Assembly (NCBI GenBank): GCA_019057675.1
Contig: JAHLWX010000001.1
Span: 8,797-72,796 of the forward strand
DNA: 64,000 nucleotides
Source of the DNA: Candidatus Jordarchaeum sp. LHC_1308
GTDB lineage: Archaea > Asgardarchaeota > Jordiarchaeia > Jordiarchaeales > Freyrarchaeaceae
Direction of reading: 5' to 3'
The number at the start of each line of letters is the position of its first letter. Within the stretch, counting starts at the first letter, position 1. Made by a program: the position numbers and the translations under genes. The notes under the pieces are model-generated. The model made no database searches. It had not been told where the DNA came from and was given only the letters and a program-made list of their open reading frames with translations. Below are positions 35,642-42,703 of the stretch, piece after piece.

Positions 35642-37957
35642 GTGAAGAAAAGATGCGAAATCCTGTGCAGCGGAATAGTCCAAGGAGTTGGCATGCGCCC
35701 CTTCGTGTACCGGATAGCAGTCAAAAACAGCCTAACAGGCTACGTCCTTAACCTAGGTGATGCTGGAGTAAAAATAGTTGTTGAAGGAGAGGAAGAAGAC
35801 ATTAAGAGGTTTATGAGAGAGCTTAAGGAGAAAAAGCCTCCGTTGGCAAGGTTCGAGAAAGTAAGGACAAAGTGGGGGGAGGCACGCGAAGAGTTCAAGA
35901 CGTTCGCCATAGGGAAAAGCAGCAGTGAAAGGATACTTGAAAGCTCGTACATACCTCCAGACGTGGCAATATGCGATAACTGTATACAGGATATGTTAAA
36001 TCCCGACGATAGGCATTACAAGTATGCGTTCACATGCTGCGCAGACTGCGGTCCAAGGTACACGTCAATAATAAGCCTACCCTACGATAGAGAACTAACC
36101 ACAATGCGGGACTTCCCTCTGTGCCCTCACTGCATGGAGGAGTACACAAATCCTATGGATAGAAGGTATCATGCCCAAGGAATATGTTGCCCCCTTTGCG
36201 GACCAAAACTCACGCTTCATTCAAATGACGGCAAGCTCATAGACTGCAAGGACCCCATAGCAGAAGCAGCCAAACTGATAAATGAGGGAGCCATATTAGC
36301 TATAAAGGGGATAGGGGGAAGCCACTTAGCGGCGCTAACAACGGATGACGAATGCGTACTTAAGCTAAGGGAAAGGAAAAAAGATAGAAAGTATAAACCC
36401 TTCGCCGTTATGTCCCTGAGCATCGAGGAAGTAAGGAAGTACGCAGAAGTCACTCGAAGAGAAGAAAGGATCCTGACATCCTTCAGACGGCCCATAGTGC
36501 TCCTCAGGAAGAAAGAGGACTTTCCGCTTTCTGAGTGGGTTAGCCCTGGACTACACAACATTGGCGTGATGCTACCATACTCGGGACTACACATACTCCT
36601 GCTACGGGAGGTCGCAGACCCCGCAGTCATAATGACCAGCGGCAACGTGTCAGGGAAGCCAATAGCTGCAAGCAACGAGGAAATTCTCACTCATCTAAGC
36701 AATCTAGCAGACTACTTCCTACTCCACAACAGAGTGATATACCAGAGGTGTGACGACTCGGTTGTCAAGATAGTTGATGGGAAAGCTAAGCTGATACGCA
36801 GATCAAGAGGCTACGTGCCAGAACCAATAGAGACTCCTCTTCCATGTAAAGGGAGGGGACTACTAGCAGTCGGACCGGAACTGACTGTGACTGTGACCGT
36901 CATGAAGGGAAATAGATGCTATGCCAGTCAGCATGTAGGCGATGTCTCAGGCGACCTTGACATGGTGGAGTTCCACGAAAACGTCACAATGCACTTGTTA
37001 AAGCTTTTAAACGTAAAGCCTGAGGCTGTGGCATGCGACCTACACCCTCAATTCGTGACGACGAAAATAGCGGAAGAATACGCTGAAAAGTGGCAGGTCC
37101 CGCTAGTGAGAGTTCAGCATCATCAAGCCCACGCGGCCGCACTAAAGGCAGAGCACAAGGTGGATGAACCAATAGTCTGCATAACATGTGATGGCGTTGG
37201 CTACGGGCCAGATGGAACAATATGGGGCGGAGAGATATTGCTCTCAGATTACGCGTCAAGCGAAAGGCTCGGGCACCTCGCCCCACAGCTAATGCCTGGA
37301 GGCGACCAAGCCACTAAGTATCCCATGAGGATGGCGGCATCCATTCTCAGTCGAATTTTGTCTGACAGCGAGCTGAGAGACGTTCTCACATCAGAATACA
37401 TCGATGGATTCAAACATGGGGAAAAAGAGGTGGAAGTTGTCTTGAAACAAATAAGGGATGCTAAGGGGCCTTTCACGACTAGCACGGGGCGCGTCTTAGA
37501 CGCCATAGCAGCCCTGCTGAAGGTATGCATGAAGAAAACATATCAAGGAGAACCAGCAATGAGGCTTGAAGCAATAGCAACAAAAGGTAAACCAACCCTG
37601 AAAATAGAACCCAGAATAAGTAGCTCAAATGGACGGTATGTACTGGACACAAGTCAAATACTTTTTGAGGTGCTACAATCATTGGGAAAGCATAGAATAG
37701 AGGACTTGGCAGCATCCGCTCAGCGTGCTATAGCAATAGGGCTGGCTGATATCGCCGTGAACGTAGCGCAGAAAGAAGGCGTGAAGGTCGTAGGGTTTAC
37801 GGGAGGCGTAGCTTACAATGAAGCCATAACAAAAACCATAAGAAAGCACGTCGAGAAAAATGGGCTAGTTTTTATACAGCACTCAGTTATACCTCCAGGC
37901 GACGCCGGAGTGAGCATAGGGCAGGCAGTGGTGGCGGCATGCAGGTTACAGTATTAG
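35642..37957 (+). CDS. hypF: [NiFe]-hydrogenase maturation carbamoyltransferase
   Basis: Acylphosphatase N-terminus ('GIVQGVGMRPFVYR'). Two CxxC-x18-CxxC Zn fingers ('CDNC...CADCGPRY', 'CPHC...CPLCGPK'). YrdC-like and Kae1-like C-terminal domains. Confidence 0.92.
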   Translation: MKKRCEILCSGIVQGVGMRPFVYRIAVKNSLTGYVLNLGDAGVKIVVEGEEEDIKRFMRELKEKKPPLARFEKVRTKWGEAREEFKTFAIGKSSSERILESSYIPPDVAICDNCIQDMLNPDDRHYKYAFTCCADCGPRYTSIISLPYDRELTTMRDFPLCPHCMEEYTNPMDRRYHAQGICCPLCGPKLTLHSNDGKLIDCKDPIAEAAKLINEGAILAIKGIGGSHLAALTTDDECVLKLRERKKDRKYKPFAVMSLSIEEVRKYAEVTRREERILTSFRRPIVLLRKKEDFPLSEWVSPGLHNIGVMLPYSGLHILLLREVADPAVIMTSGNVSGKPIAASNEEILTHLSNLADYFLLHNRVIYQRCDDSVVKIVDGKAKLIRRSRGYVPEPIETPLPCKGRGLLAVGPELTVTVTVMKGNRCYASQHVGDVSGDLDMVEFHENVTMHLLKLLNVKPEAVACDLHPQFVTTKIAEEYAEKWQVPLVRVQHHQAHAAALKAEHKVDEPIVCITCDGVGYGPDGTIWGGEILLSDYASSERLGHLAPQLMPGGDQATKYPMRMAASILSRILSDSELRDVLTSEYIDGFKHGEKEVEVVLKQIRDAKGPFTTSTGRVLDAIAALLKVCMKKTYQGEPAMRLEAIATKGKPTLKIEPRISSSNGRYVLDTSQILFEVLQSLGKHRIEDLAASAQRAIAIGLADIAVNVAQKEGVKVVGFTGGVAYNEAITKTIRKHVEKNGLVFIQHSVIPPGDAGVSIGQAVVAACRLQY

Positions 37958-38463
37958 AATTTGCCAGCAACCATAAATGGCTTAGCATACTCATCGACTA
38001 GCTGAACCAATTGTTCCTCTAGTTTTTTGAGGTGAGGACTGGGATCCCCGTACTCTAACCCCAACCTTTCGCGATAACTCGAGATGAAGTTTGAGAGTTC
38101 AATGTAGGGTGCTAAGTTTGGAGTGTCCAGTAGTCCAATGTATCCTAAGAGGATTAACGTGTAAATTGACTTCACAACGTTCCTGCAAGCTTGCTCGAGT
38201 ACGCGTCTAAAAGCACCCTTTGTAACTCCGCGGGCAAAACGTGGCTTTCGACCTCTTGCACTTCTAGAGAACCTCAAGAGGCCTTTAAGGGAATACTGGA
38301 CTTCTCTTCCAGCGTTCTCATCTAGAAGGAAATGGATGATCAGCGTTTCAAGCTGTATCCGAGTGAGACTAGATGAAGGTAGGAGGCGAGAAATAAGTGG
38401 GTCGTTGAGGATACGCTGCAGAAAGCTCTCTAACTCGTTAAGTTCGCCGTCCACTTTGTCCAA
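37954..38463 (-). CDS. hypothetical protein with possible HTH
   Basis: 169-aa ORF, last gene of the ATPase operon. 'RGVTKGAFRRVLEQACRNVVKSI' looks like a sigma-r4/LuxR-type recognition helix (weak). Confidence 0.45.
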   Translation of the reverse strand: MDKVDGELNELESFLQRILNDPLISRLLPSSSLTRIQLETLIIHFLLDENAGREVQYSLKGLLRFSRSARGRKPRFARGVTKGAFRRVLEQACRNVVKSIYTLILLGYIGLLDTPNLAPYIELSNFISSYRERLGLEYGDPSPHLKKLEEQLVQLVDEYAKPFMVAGKF

Positions 38464-38465
38464 CC

Positions 38466-38897
38466 TCAGCCACCTTCATTTTTCAACTTGCCGAGTGCGG
38501 TGTACTGCTCTTCTAGTAGCTGGAATAAACCAAGTTCCTTTAGCTCTAACTCGTCGAACACCGTCTTCATCTTCTCCAGTATGGCAAGTCTGCAGAATAC
38601 TGTTGCTCCGCGCTCTCCAAACTTCTTCTTAAGCAAGTAGATAAAGTTACTGGGAAGCCTCACGTTGAAGTTTTGATCAAGTCGAGTTTTAGGATCCTTT
38701 CTCACATAGACTATCTTCTCCACCACTTGAACGGGCAAGTGTCCTTTGTCCTCATCACCCAGAGAGAATGAGGCTGCTGGTTGATGGTGAGCCGCAGCAA
38801 CTTCCGCATAGTTTAGGGGGGCAGGAGACTGTGAGGGCTGCCCATACCTTTCCTGCTCCTTAACTTTCTTTGCTATATCGACCAGCCGCGTCATCAT
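38466..38897 (-). CDS. hypothetical protein with C-terminal ribbon-helix-helix-like domain
   Basis: 'NFNVRLPSNFIYLLKKKFGERGATVFCRLAILEKM' fits a strand-helix-helix RHH pattern. The N-terminal half is low-complexity. Confidence 0.5.
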   Translation of the reverse strand: MMTRLVDIAKKVKEQERYGQPSQSPAPLNYAEVAAAHHQPAASFSLGDEDKGHLPVQVVEKIVYVRKDPKTRLDQNFNVRLPSNFIYLLKKKFGERGATVFCRLAILEKMKTVFDELELKELGLFQLLEEQYTALGKLKNEGG

Positions 38898-38906
38898 ACC
38901 ACCAAC

Positions 38907-38928
38907 ATCGATACGTGATATCGATATC
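38907..38928. promoter_or_regulatory. GATATCGATATC palindrome upstream of the RHH gene
   Basis: ATCGATAC-GT-GATATCGATATC is centred about 25 nt upstream of ATG 38897. Same GATATCG core as the repeats at 40020-40072 and 40824-40842. Confidence 0.45.
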
Positions 38929-38944
38929 TGAAAATGAAGTCAGG

Positions 38945-40000
38945 TTACTCTGGAACCTCCTCGATGCATGGTAAAGCGTCCACCAATGCCCCGTCGATCA
39001 CAGGACTTCCTCCATCCCTGAACCTGCTAGCAGCGACGAACACCGCCTGATTACAGAGCATACGGAGGTCACGTCCCACGCCCATCGACTTCCGTTTCAG
39101 AACAGGAATAGCGTCATCGGTGAAGGGGTGTATTTCAAAAGAAGACTCGTCAAACTCCTTAAGGCGGCCGCTAGCCCAGTAAAGTCGCCTACCGATAAAC
39201 TCTCTGACGCCACGCTCATCCAACGGTTCAAGCTCAATCTCCCAGCACCTATCGTAGAGGTGAGGTACACCTTCTTTGAGACCTACAGCGTGGGTCTTAG
39301 TACCAGTCAAAACAAGCATGCATATCATCTGATCCTCATCGCCTTCTTCCGCAACCTGCTTAATCGCACTGATTTCCCCTTCATCAAGCTTCATCTTCTT
39401 AAGTTTGAGGAAACGCCTGAGTTCGTCTTCCTCCTCAACTACGAAGCGTTTTGCGTCCTTCAGCGTTAAGTCGCCAATCTCCTTAATCTTAACAAAAACC
39501 TCGACGTCGTTCTCGCCGAAATCATCAATGAATATCAACGTAAGATATCCACTCAAAAGATATCGAAGCATGATATCATACTTGATCAACACGTAAATGT
39601 CCTCAGCATTAGCAGAGCGAGGATATGGAATCCTAAGTTTTTTTGCCAAAACCTCGGCCATCTGCCTCACGTAAAGCTTACTCTGAGACACCATCACGGG
39701 GTAGAAGCGGTACTCTTGATCACCCTGCTTAGAAAGCTCCAAGAGGTCTCCGTAAATTAGCTCGAGAAGCATCGTTTTACCCATTCCAGGAAACTCGCTC
39801 GTTATCAGTATGTGCCGTTCCCTAGCCTTAATGTAGTCGTCAATCTCCACGATCACATCATGAGGAGCCACGAAGAGCTCGGGGTCGCTCAACCTTACAC
39901 TCGAAAACGGGTTCCATCTCCACCCGAAGAAAGAGTAATACGCATTTCTAATCTCAGCTACCGAAGGATAAATACGACCAACAGCACCTATGCGTTCCAT
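38945..40000 (-). CDS. divergent AAA+ ATPase (ExeA/TniB-like features)
   Basis: 'YYSFFGWRWNPFS' N-terminal motif, Walker A 'EFPGMGKTMLL', Walker B 'LIFIDDF', 'LVLTGT', late Arg in 'GVGRDLRML'. ATG 40000 is preceded by GGAGGTGG. The ORF extends to 40063 across the operator repeats. Confidence 0.6.
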   Translation of the reverse strand: MERIGAVGRIYPSVAEIRNAYYSFFGWRWNPFSSVRLSDPELFVAPHDVIVEIDDYIKARERHILITSEFPGMGKTMLLELIYGDLLELSKQGDQEYRFYPVMVSQSKLYVRQMAEVLAKKLRIPYPRSANAEDIYVLIKYDIMLRYLLSGYLTLIFIDDFGENDVEVFVKIKEIGDLTLKDAKRFVVEEEDELRRFLKLKKMKLDEGEISAIKQVAEEGDEDQMICMLVLTGTKTHAVGLKEGVPHLYDRCWEIELEPLDERGVREFIGRRLYWASGRLKEFDESSFEIHPFTDDAIPVLKRKSMGVGRDLRMLCNQAVFVAASRFRDGGSPVIDGALVDALPCIEEVPE

Positions 40001-40019
40001 ACAACCACCTCCGACACCC

Positions 40020-40072
40020 AATATCGACACCAGAAAAGGATATCGGAAAACCGATATCAACACCAGAAAACG
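40020..40072. promoter_or_regulatory. tandem operator-like repeats flanking a perfect inverted repeat
   Basis: AATATCGACACCAGAAAAGG (40020-40039) and GATATCAACACCAGAAAACG (40053-40072). They bracket and overlap GATATCGG-AAAA-CCGATATC (40039-40058), 20-75 nt upstream of the ATPase ATG. Confidence 0.55.
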
Positions 40073-40345
40073 ATGCAGGAAAACACAAAAGAAAAACCAT
40101 CGTAATACTCAGAGAACACGGACAGAACACAGGGAATACAAACGGAGACTTACTACAACAATGACGATGCAAACCTGAAAGGTCTCAGGTAAGCTGAACG
40201 AGAGATCAGGAAACAAGACGGGTTTACAAGAAAGTATACCCACAGGGAACCCTAAAGCAGGAAGACGCCAAACGAAAAGGATAAATATCAGAAATACAGG
40301 GAGAATGCACCAATATTACGAGAAGCACATAGAGGTTTTTTCTAT

Positions 40346-40368
40346 TTTTGGAACATGTGTTCCAATAT
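40346..40368. repeat. palindromic element TTTTT-GGAACATGTGTTCC-AATA
   Basis: Inverted repeat GGAACA/TGTTCC at 40350-40363. About 25 nt resemble the element at 41054-41077. Confidence 0.5.
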
Positions 40369-40429
40369 CACTGTGAGCTCCTGTCCTCTTTAAGTGCAGC
40401 ATAAGAGTTAAGAAGGTCCACCCAAGACT

Positions 40430-40834
40430 TCAGAAATCCCTTAGCAAAACCTGACCTGTCAGGGAGGTTCGGGAAAAAACTTGCGCTAGAGACTCAAGGT
40501 AATTCGCGTACCTCTTAGCGTCCTCTGATGAAAGCCCGTTCATTAAAGAAACAATCAGGGAAGTCTGACTAAGTTTCTCAAGACCTGCAAGCCAACCTCG
40601 CCAAGCCAGCTCGACCCATTTGTCTTTCAACTGTGATTCCTCTAAGACAGCCTTAGCGATTTCAACGGCCTTCTTGTGATCACCTTTGACTAATGCTTTC
40701 ACGAATTCTTCAATTTCGCTCAAAACAACCACCCTGTTTTTAACTAAAAATATGGATAAAATGTTAATTAAGATTTCCAGCGTAGATGACAACTGCAGTA
40801 ATCGAGAACAGGTATCGCAATTAGATATCGACAC
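40430..40834 (-). CDS. hypothetical helical protein (start uncertain)
   Basis: ORF with GTG at 40834. A shorter version from GTG 40732 would have an AT-rich TATA-like stretch upstream. No family recognised. Confidence 0.4.
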   Translation of the reverse strand: MSISNCDTCSRLLQLSSTLEILINILSIFLVKNRVVVLSEIEEFVKALVKGDHKKAVEIAKAVLEESQLKDKWVELAWRGWLAGLEKLSQTSLIVSLMNGLSSEDAKRYANYLESLAQVFSRTSLTGQVLLRDF

Positions 40835-40842
40835 CAGACAAC
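40824..40842. promoter_or_regulatory. third copy of the GATATCGACACCAGA motif
   Basis: GATATCGACACCAGACAAC. Fourteen consecutive nt are identical to 40021-40034. Confidence 0.5.
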
Positions 40843-41020
40843 ATGTTTGGTGTATGGGGTAGCAAACACCCCCTCGTTTCTACTGCAACAAGTTAACTTG
40901 CAATTAGCTACTAAAACTTGAATTTTTACAAAAAACTTATATATTTAGACTCCTCAACATCTGGGGGGGAAGTTTTATTTTTAAAGTTTAATAGTTAAAC
41001 TCCAAACAAGTTTTATTTTC

Positions 41021-41043
41021 TCCAGTTGAAATAGAGGGGTGAG
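41021..41043 (+). repeat. ORB-like element
   Basis: TCCAGTTGAAATAGAGGGGTGAG resembles archaeal origin recognition boxes (TCCAGTGGAAA...GGGGT). Confidence 0.5.
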
Positions 41044-41053
41044 TGAGCTTCTC

Positions 41054-41077
41054 TTTTTAGAACATATGTTCTAAATA
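41054..41077. repeat. palindromic element TTTTT-AGAACATATGTTCT-AAATA
   Basis: Perfect 14-bp palindrome at 41059-41072, overlapping the stop of ORF 41071-41430. Related to 40346-40368. Confidence 0.5.
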
Positions 41078-41430
41078 CTTTCTTCCCCCACAATTAAGAA
41101 AACTCGACACCTGACAATATCCTTGTACTTCTTGAAGAACGCATTGAAGACCTCTGCATGCTCGTCTCGAACTAGTATTGCGCTGTCCCCTGCTCTGTCG
41201 CAGCCATAGATGTCCACAAGTCCCAGCTTTTGCCCCTTTAACGTTTTTCCTTCCTTGTTTTTCCATGTGTACGCGTAGCCGAAGAGTTCCTTGAAGAATT
41301 TCACCCTGCGTGGGTCACTTGAGTGTTCCGTCTTTACGTCGTAAACATATACTCTCAAGTTTTTCCCTCCCTTTGACACGTCGTAGCATTTCTCCTTGAA
41401 GACTTGTATTTTCGTCGTCTTCTCGTCCAA
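41071..41430 (-). CDS. hypothetical small protein, weak Cas2/VapD-like beta-alpha-beta-beta-alpha-beta pattern
   Basis: 119-aa ORF with TTG start. 'LRVYVYDV...DPRRVKFFKELFGYA...SAILVRDEHAEVFNAFFKKY..VRCRVFLI'. Lies between inverted ORB-like elements. Confidence 0.45.
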   Translation of the reverse strand: MDEKTTKIQVFKEKCYDVSKGGKNLRVYVYDVKTEHSSDPRRVKFFKELFGYAYTWKNKEGKTLKGQKLGLVDIYGCDRAGDSAILVRDEHAEVFNAFFKKYKDIVRCRVFLIVGEESI

Positions 41431-41439
41431 CAGCTTGAC

Positions 41440-41753
41440 ATGTTAACACGATGTTAACATAAGTTTTTCAAGTCGTTAATGCGCTGTTTTTGCTGTGAAT
41501 GATGCAAATTATGTTCTCGAAAATTAACCCCTTTATTTCAACTGCAGCATTTTTCCGAGAATTTTTCTCTCTGATTTTTATGTTAACACACTTTGTTAAC
41601 CTTTTTTAAAAAAATACAATGGAAAAAATCTTTGTTTTGAAGATTTACATTTTTATTCAACTATTTTCTTGTTAATGTTATCTAAAAACTTTATTTATCG
41701 AGAATATGCCTTTTTTTGCCCTTTTTTTCTTTTCCACGTCTTTCATGTTAACA
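41440..41753. repeat. four exact ATGTTAACA palindromic motifs plus one TTGTTAACC
   Basis: Copies at 41440-41448, 41451-41459 (10-bp palindrome ATGTTAACAT), 41579-41587 and 41745-41753. Variant at 41592-41600. Confidence 0.7.
41525..41546 (-). repeat. ORB-like element (inverted relative to 41021-41043)
   Basis: The reverse complement CTGCAGTTGAAATAAAGGGGTT shares CAGTTGAAATA-AGGGGT with the plus-strand copy. Further AGTTGAA cores on the minus strand at 41656-41662 and 41817-41823, and GGTTGAA at 41781-41787. Confidence 0.5.
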
Positions 41754-42100
41754 GACTCACATCTTCACGTCATTCACTTCTTCAACCTTTTTGTTAAAGT
41801 GTTTTTAAGTGAACACTTCAACTTGGGAATAGCCTGGTTTCTTTACTGATTTTCTCAATATTTATGATGCTCCCTCCTTTTGACTTGAGAGGGCCCGGTA
41901 ATTTGACTTCAGAGAAGGTGACGATTTAAAGCCGGGTGTATGATTACCTTTGAAGGTCATTGGGGACGTAAACTGACAAAGGGAACGATAAATGACTAAT
42001 ATCCATGAACTCTAGCAATTATGCGAGTTAAAGTGATTGGGGGATTTTCGGATGTAATAGATAGACATATATACTTGTACGCGTAAATTTAACTTACCTC

Positions 42101-42114
42101 ATTTCCAGTGGAAG
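42101..42114 (+). repeat. mini-ORB-like TTTCCAGTGGAAGG
   Basis: Matches the TCCAGTGGAA ORB core. A related TTTCTGGTGGAAG lies at 42685-42697 just upstream of cdc6. Both overlap probable Shine-Dalgarno regions, so the call is ambiguous. Confidence 0.35.
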
Positions 42115-42123
42115 GTGTGCTAG

Positions 42124-42591
42124 TTGGGGGCGAAGCGTTACAAGATCGAGATAGCTGATCTCTCACGCAATGTTAAGGCTACGTTAACTATTGAGGGTGA
42201 TGTTCCCCCCCAACTGGCAGCGTCTCTTGTGGAGGAACTTTCCGAGAAATTGTCCGGAGGCGAGGTGGCGGAGGAAGCGACTAAACTTGAGGCCTCCGAA
42301 GTTGACGCCGGGTTCCCTGACCCCGAAGGACTTTCAATGAAGGATAAAATTGAACTTGTATTATTGAAATACTTCCAGTATGGATGGTTTACTTCCAGCG
42401 ACGTCCATGAGCAGTTTACCCGGGTTTTCGGCGAGACTTCTCTGAGCGTGGTTTCAACTTACTTGGCAAGGTTTCGTGGCGAGGGTTTATTGGAGCGTAA
42501 GGGGACAAAGAAGCAATATTACTATCGGCTTAAGGAAATTGGCCGGCTTAAGGCTTCTAAATTTGGCGAGCTTCTTCAGCTTCTTCCATGA
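42124..42591 (+). CDS. hypothetical protein with C-terminal winged-helix DNA-binding domain
   Basis: 'SLSVVSTYLARFRGEGLLERKGTKKQYYYRLKE' is a MarR/wHTH-like recognition helix plus wing. Acidic N-terminal half. TTG start. Confidence 0.5.
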   Translation: MGAKRYKIEIADLSRNVKATLTIEGDVPPQLAASLVEELSEKLSGGEVAEEATKLEASEVDAGFPDPEGLSMKDKIELVLLKYFQYGWFTSSDVHEQFTRVFGETSLSVVSTYLARFRGEGLLERKGTKKQYYYRLKEIGRLKASKFGELLQLLP

Positions 42592-42703
42592 TCCATTTTC
42601 TGAGCTTCTTCGAGCTTCTTGAATGTGTTTCCAATGTAATATTAATGGATATATTTTCTGAGCGTTAAGCATTACACACCTTTGTTTCTGGTGGAAGTAG
42701 AAA

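Larger units (their letters stand above)
40980..42130. other. candidate chromosomal replication origin (oriC) upstream of orc1/cdc6
   Basis: ORB-like elements in inverted orientation, AGTTGAA mini-repeats, four ATGTTAACA palindromes, and an AT-rich T-tract region at 41560-41760. Lies next to cdc6 and the PolD small subunit gene. Confidence 0.55.

Noticed and set aside
40001-40063. N-terminal extensions of several track ORFs: 40001-40063, 68-127, 7578-7703, 34769-34858 and 49789-49872.
   Set aside because: In each case an internal Met has better SD-like context or family-typical N-termini. The extensions translate to non-conserved, often hydrophobic or odd peptides that cover upstream regulatory DNA.
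39990-40178. A 62-aa highly basic plus-strand ORF (R/K/T-rich) overlapping the operator repeats.
   Set aside because: Its composition simply reflects the purine-rich spacer and repeated CACCAGAAAA motifs. It is antisense to the ATPase leader and there is no start context.
41440-41753. The repeated ATGTTAACA motifs were considered as a possible CRISPR-like array.
   Set aside because: The repeat unit is only 9-10 bp, the spacing is irregular (11, 128 and 166 bp), and there are no cas genes. It is better explained as protein-binding sites in the origin or promoter region.
42685-42697. TTTCTGGTGGAAG just upstream of cdc6, and the shared TTTCTGGTG with the ATPase operator repeats, were considered as Orc1-binding mini-ORBs linking the two loci.
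   Set aside because: The motif overlaps the expected Shine-Dalgarno position (GGTGG), and a 9-mer shared three times is suggestive but weak. It is kept only as a low-confidence note under the origin finding.
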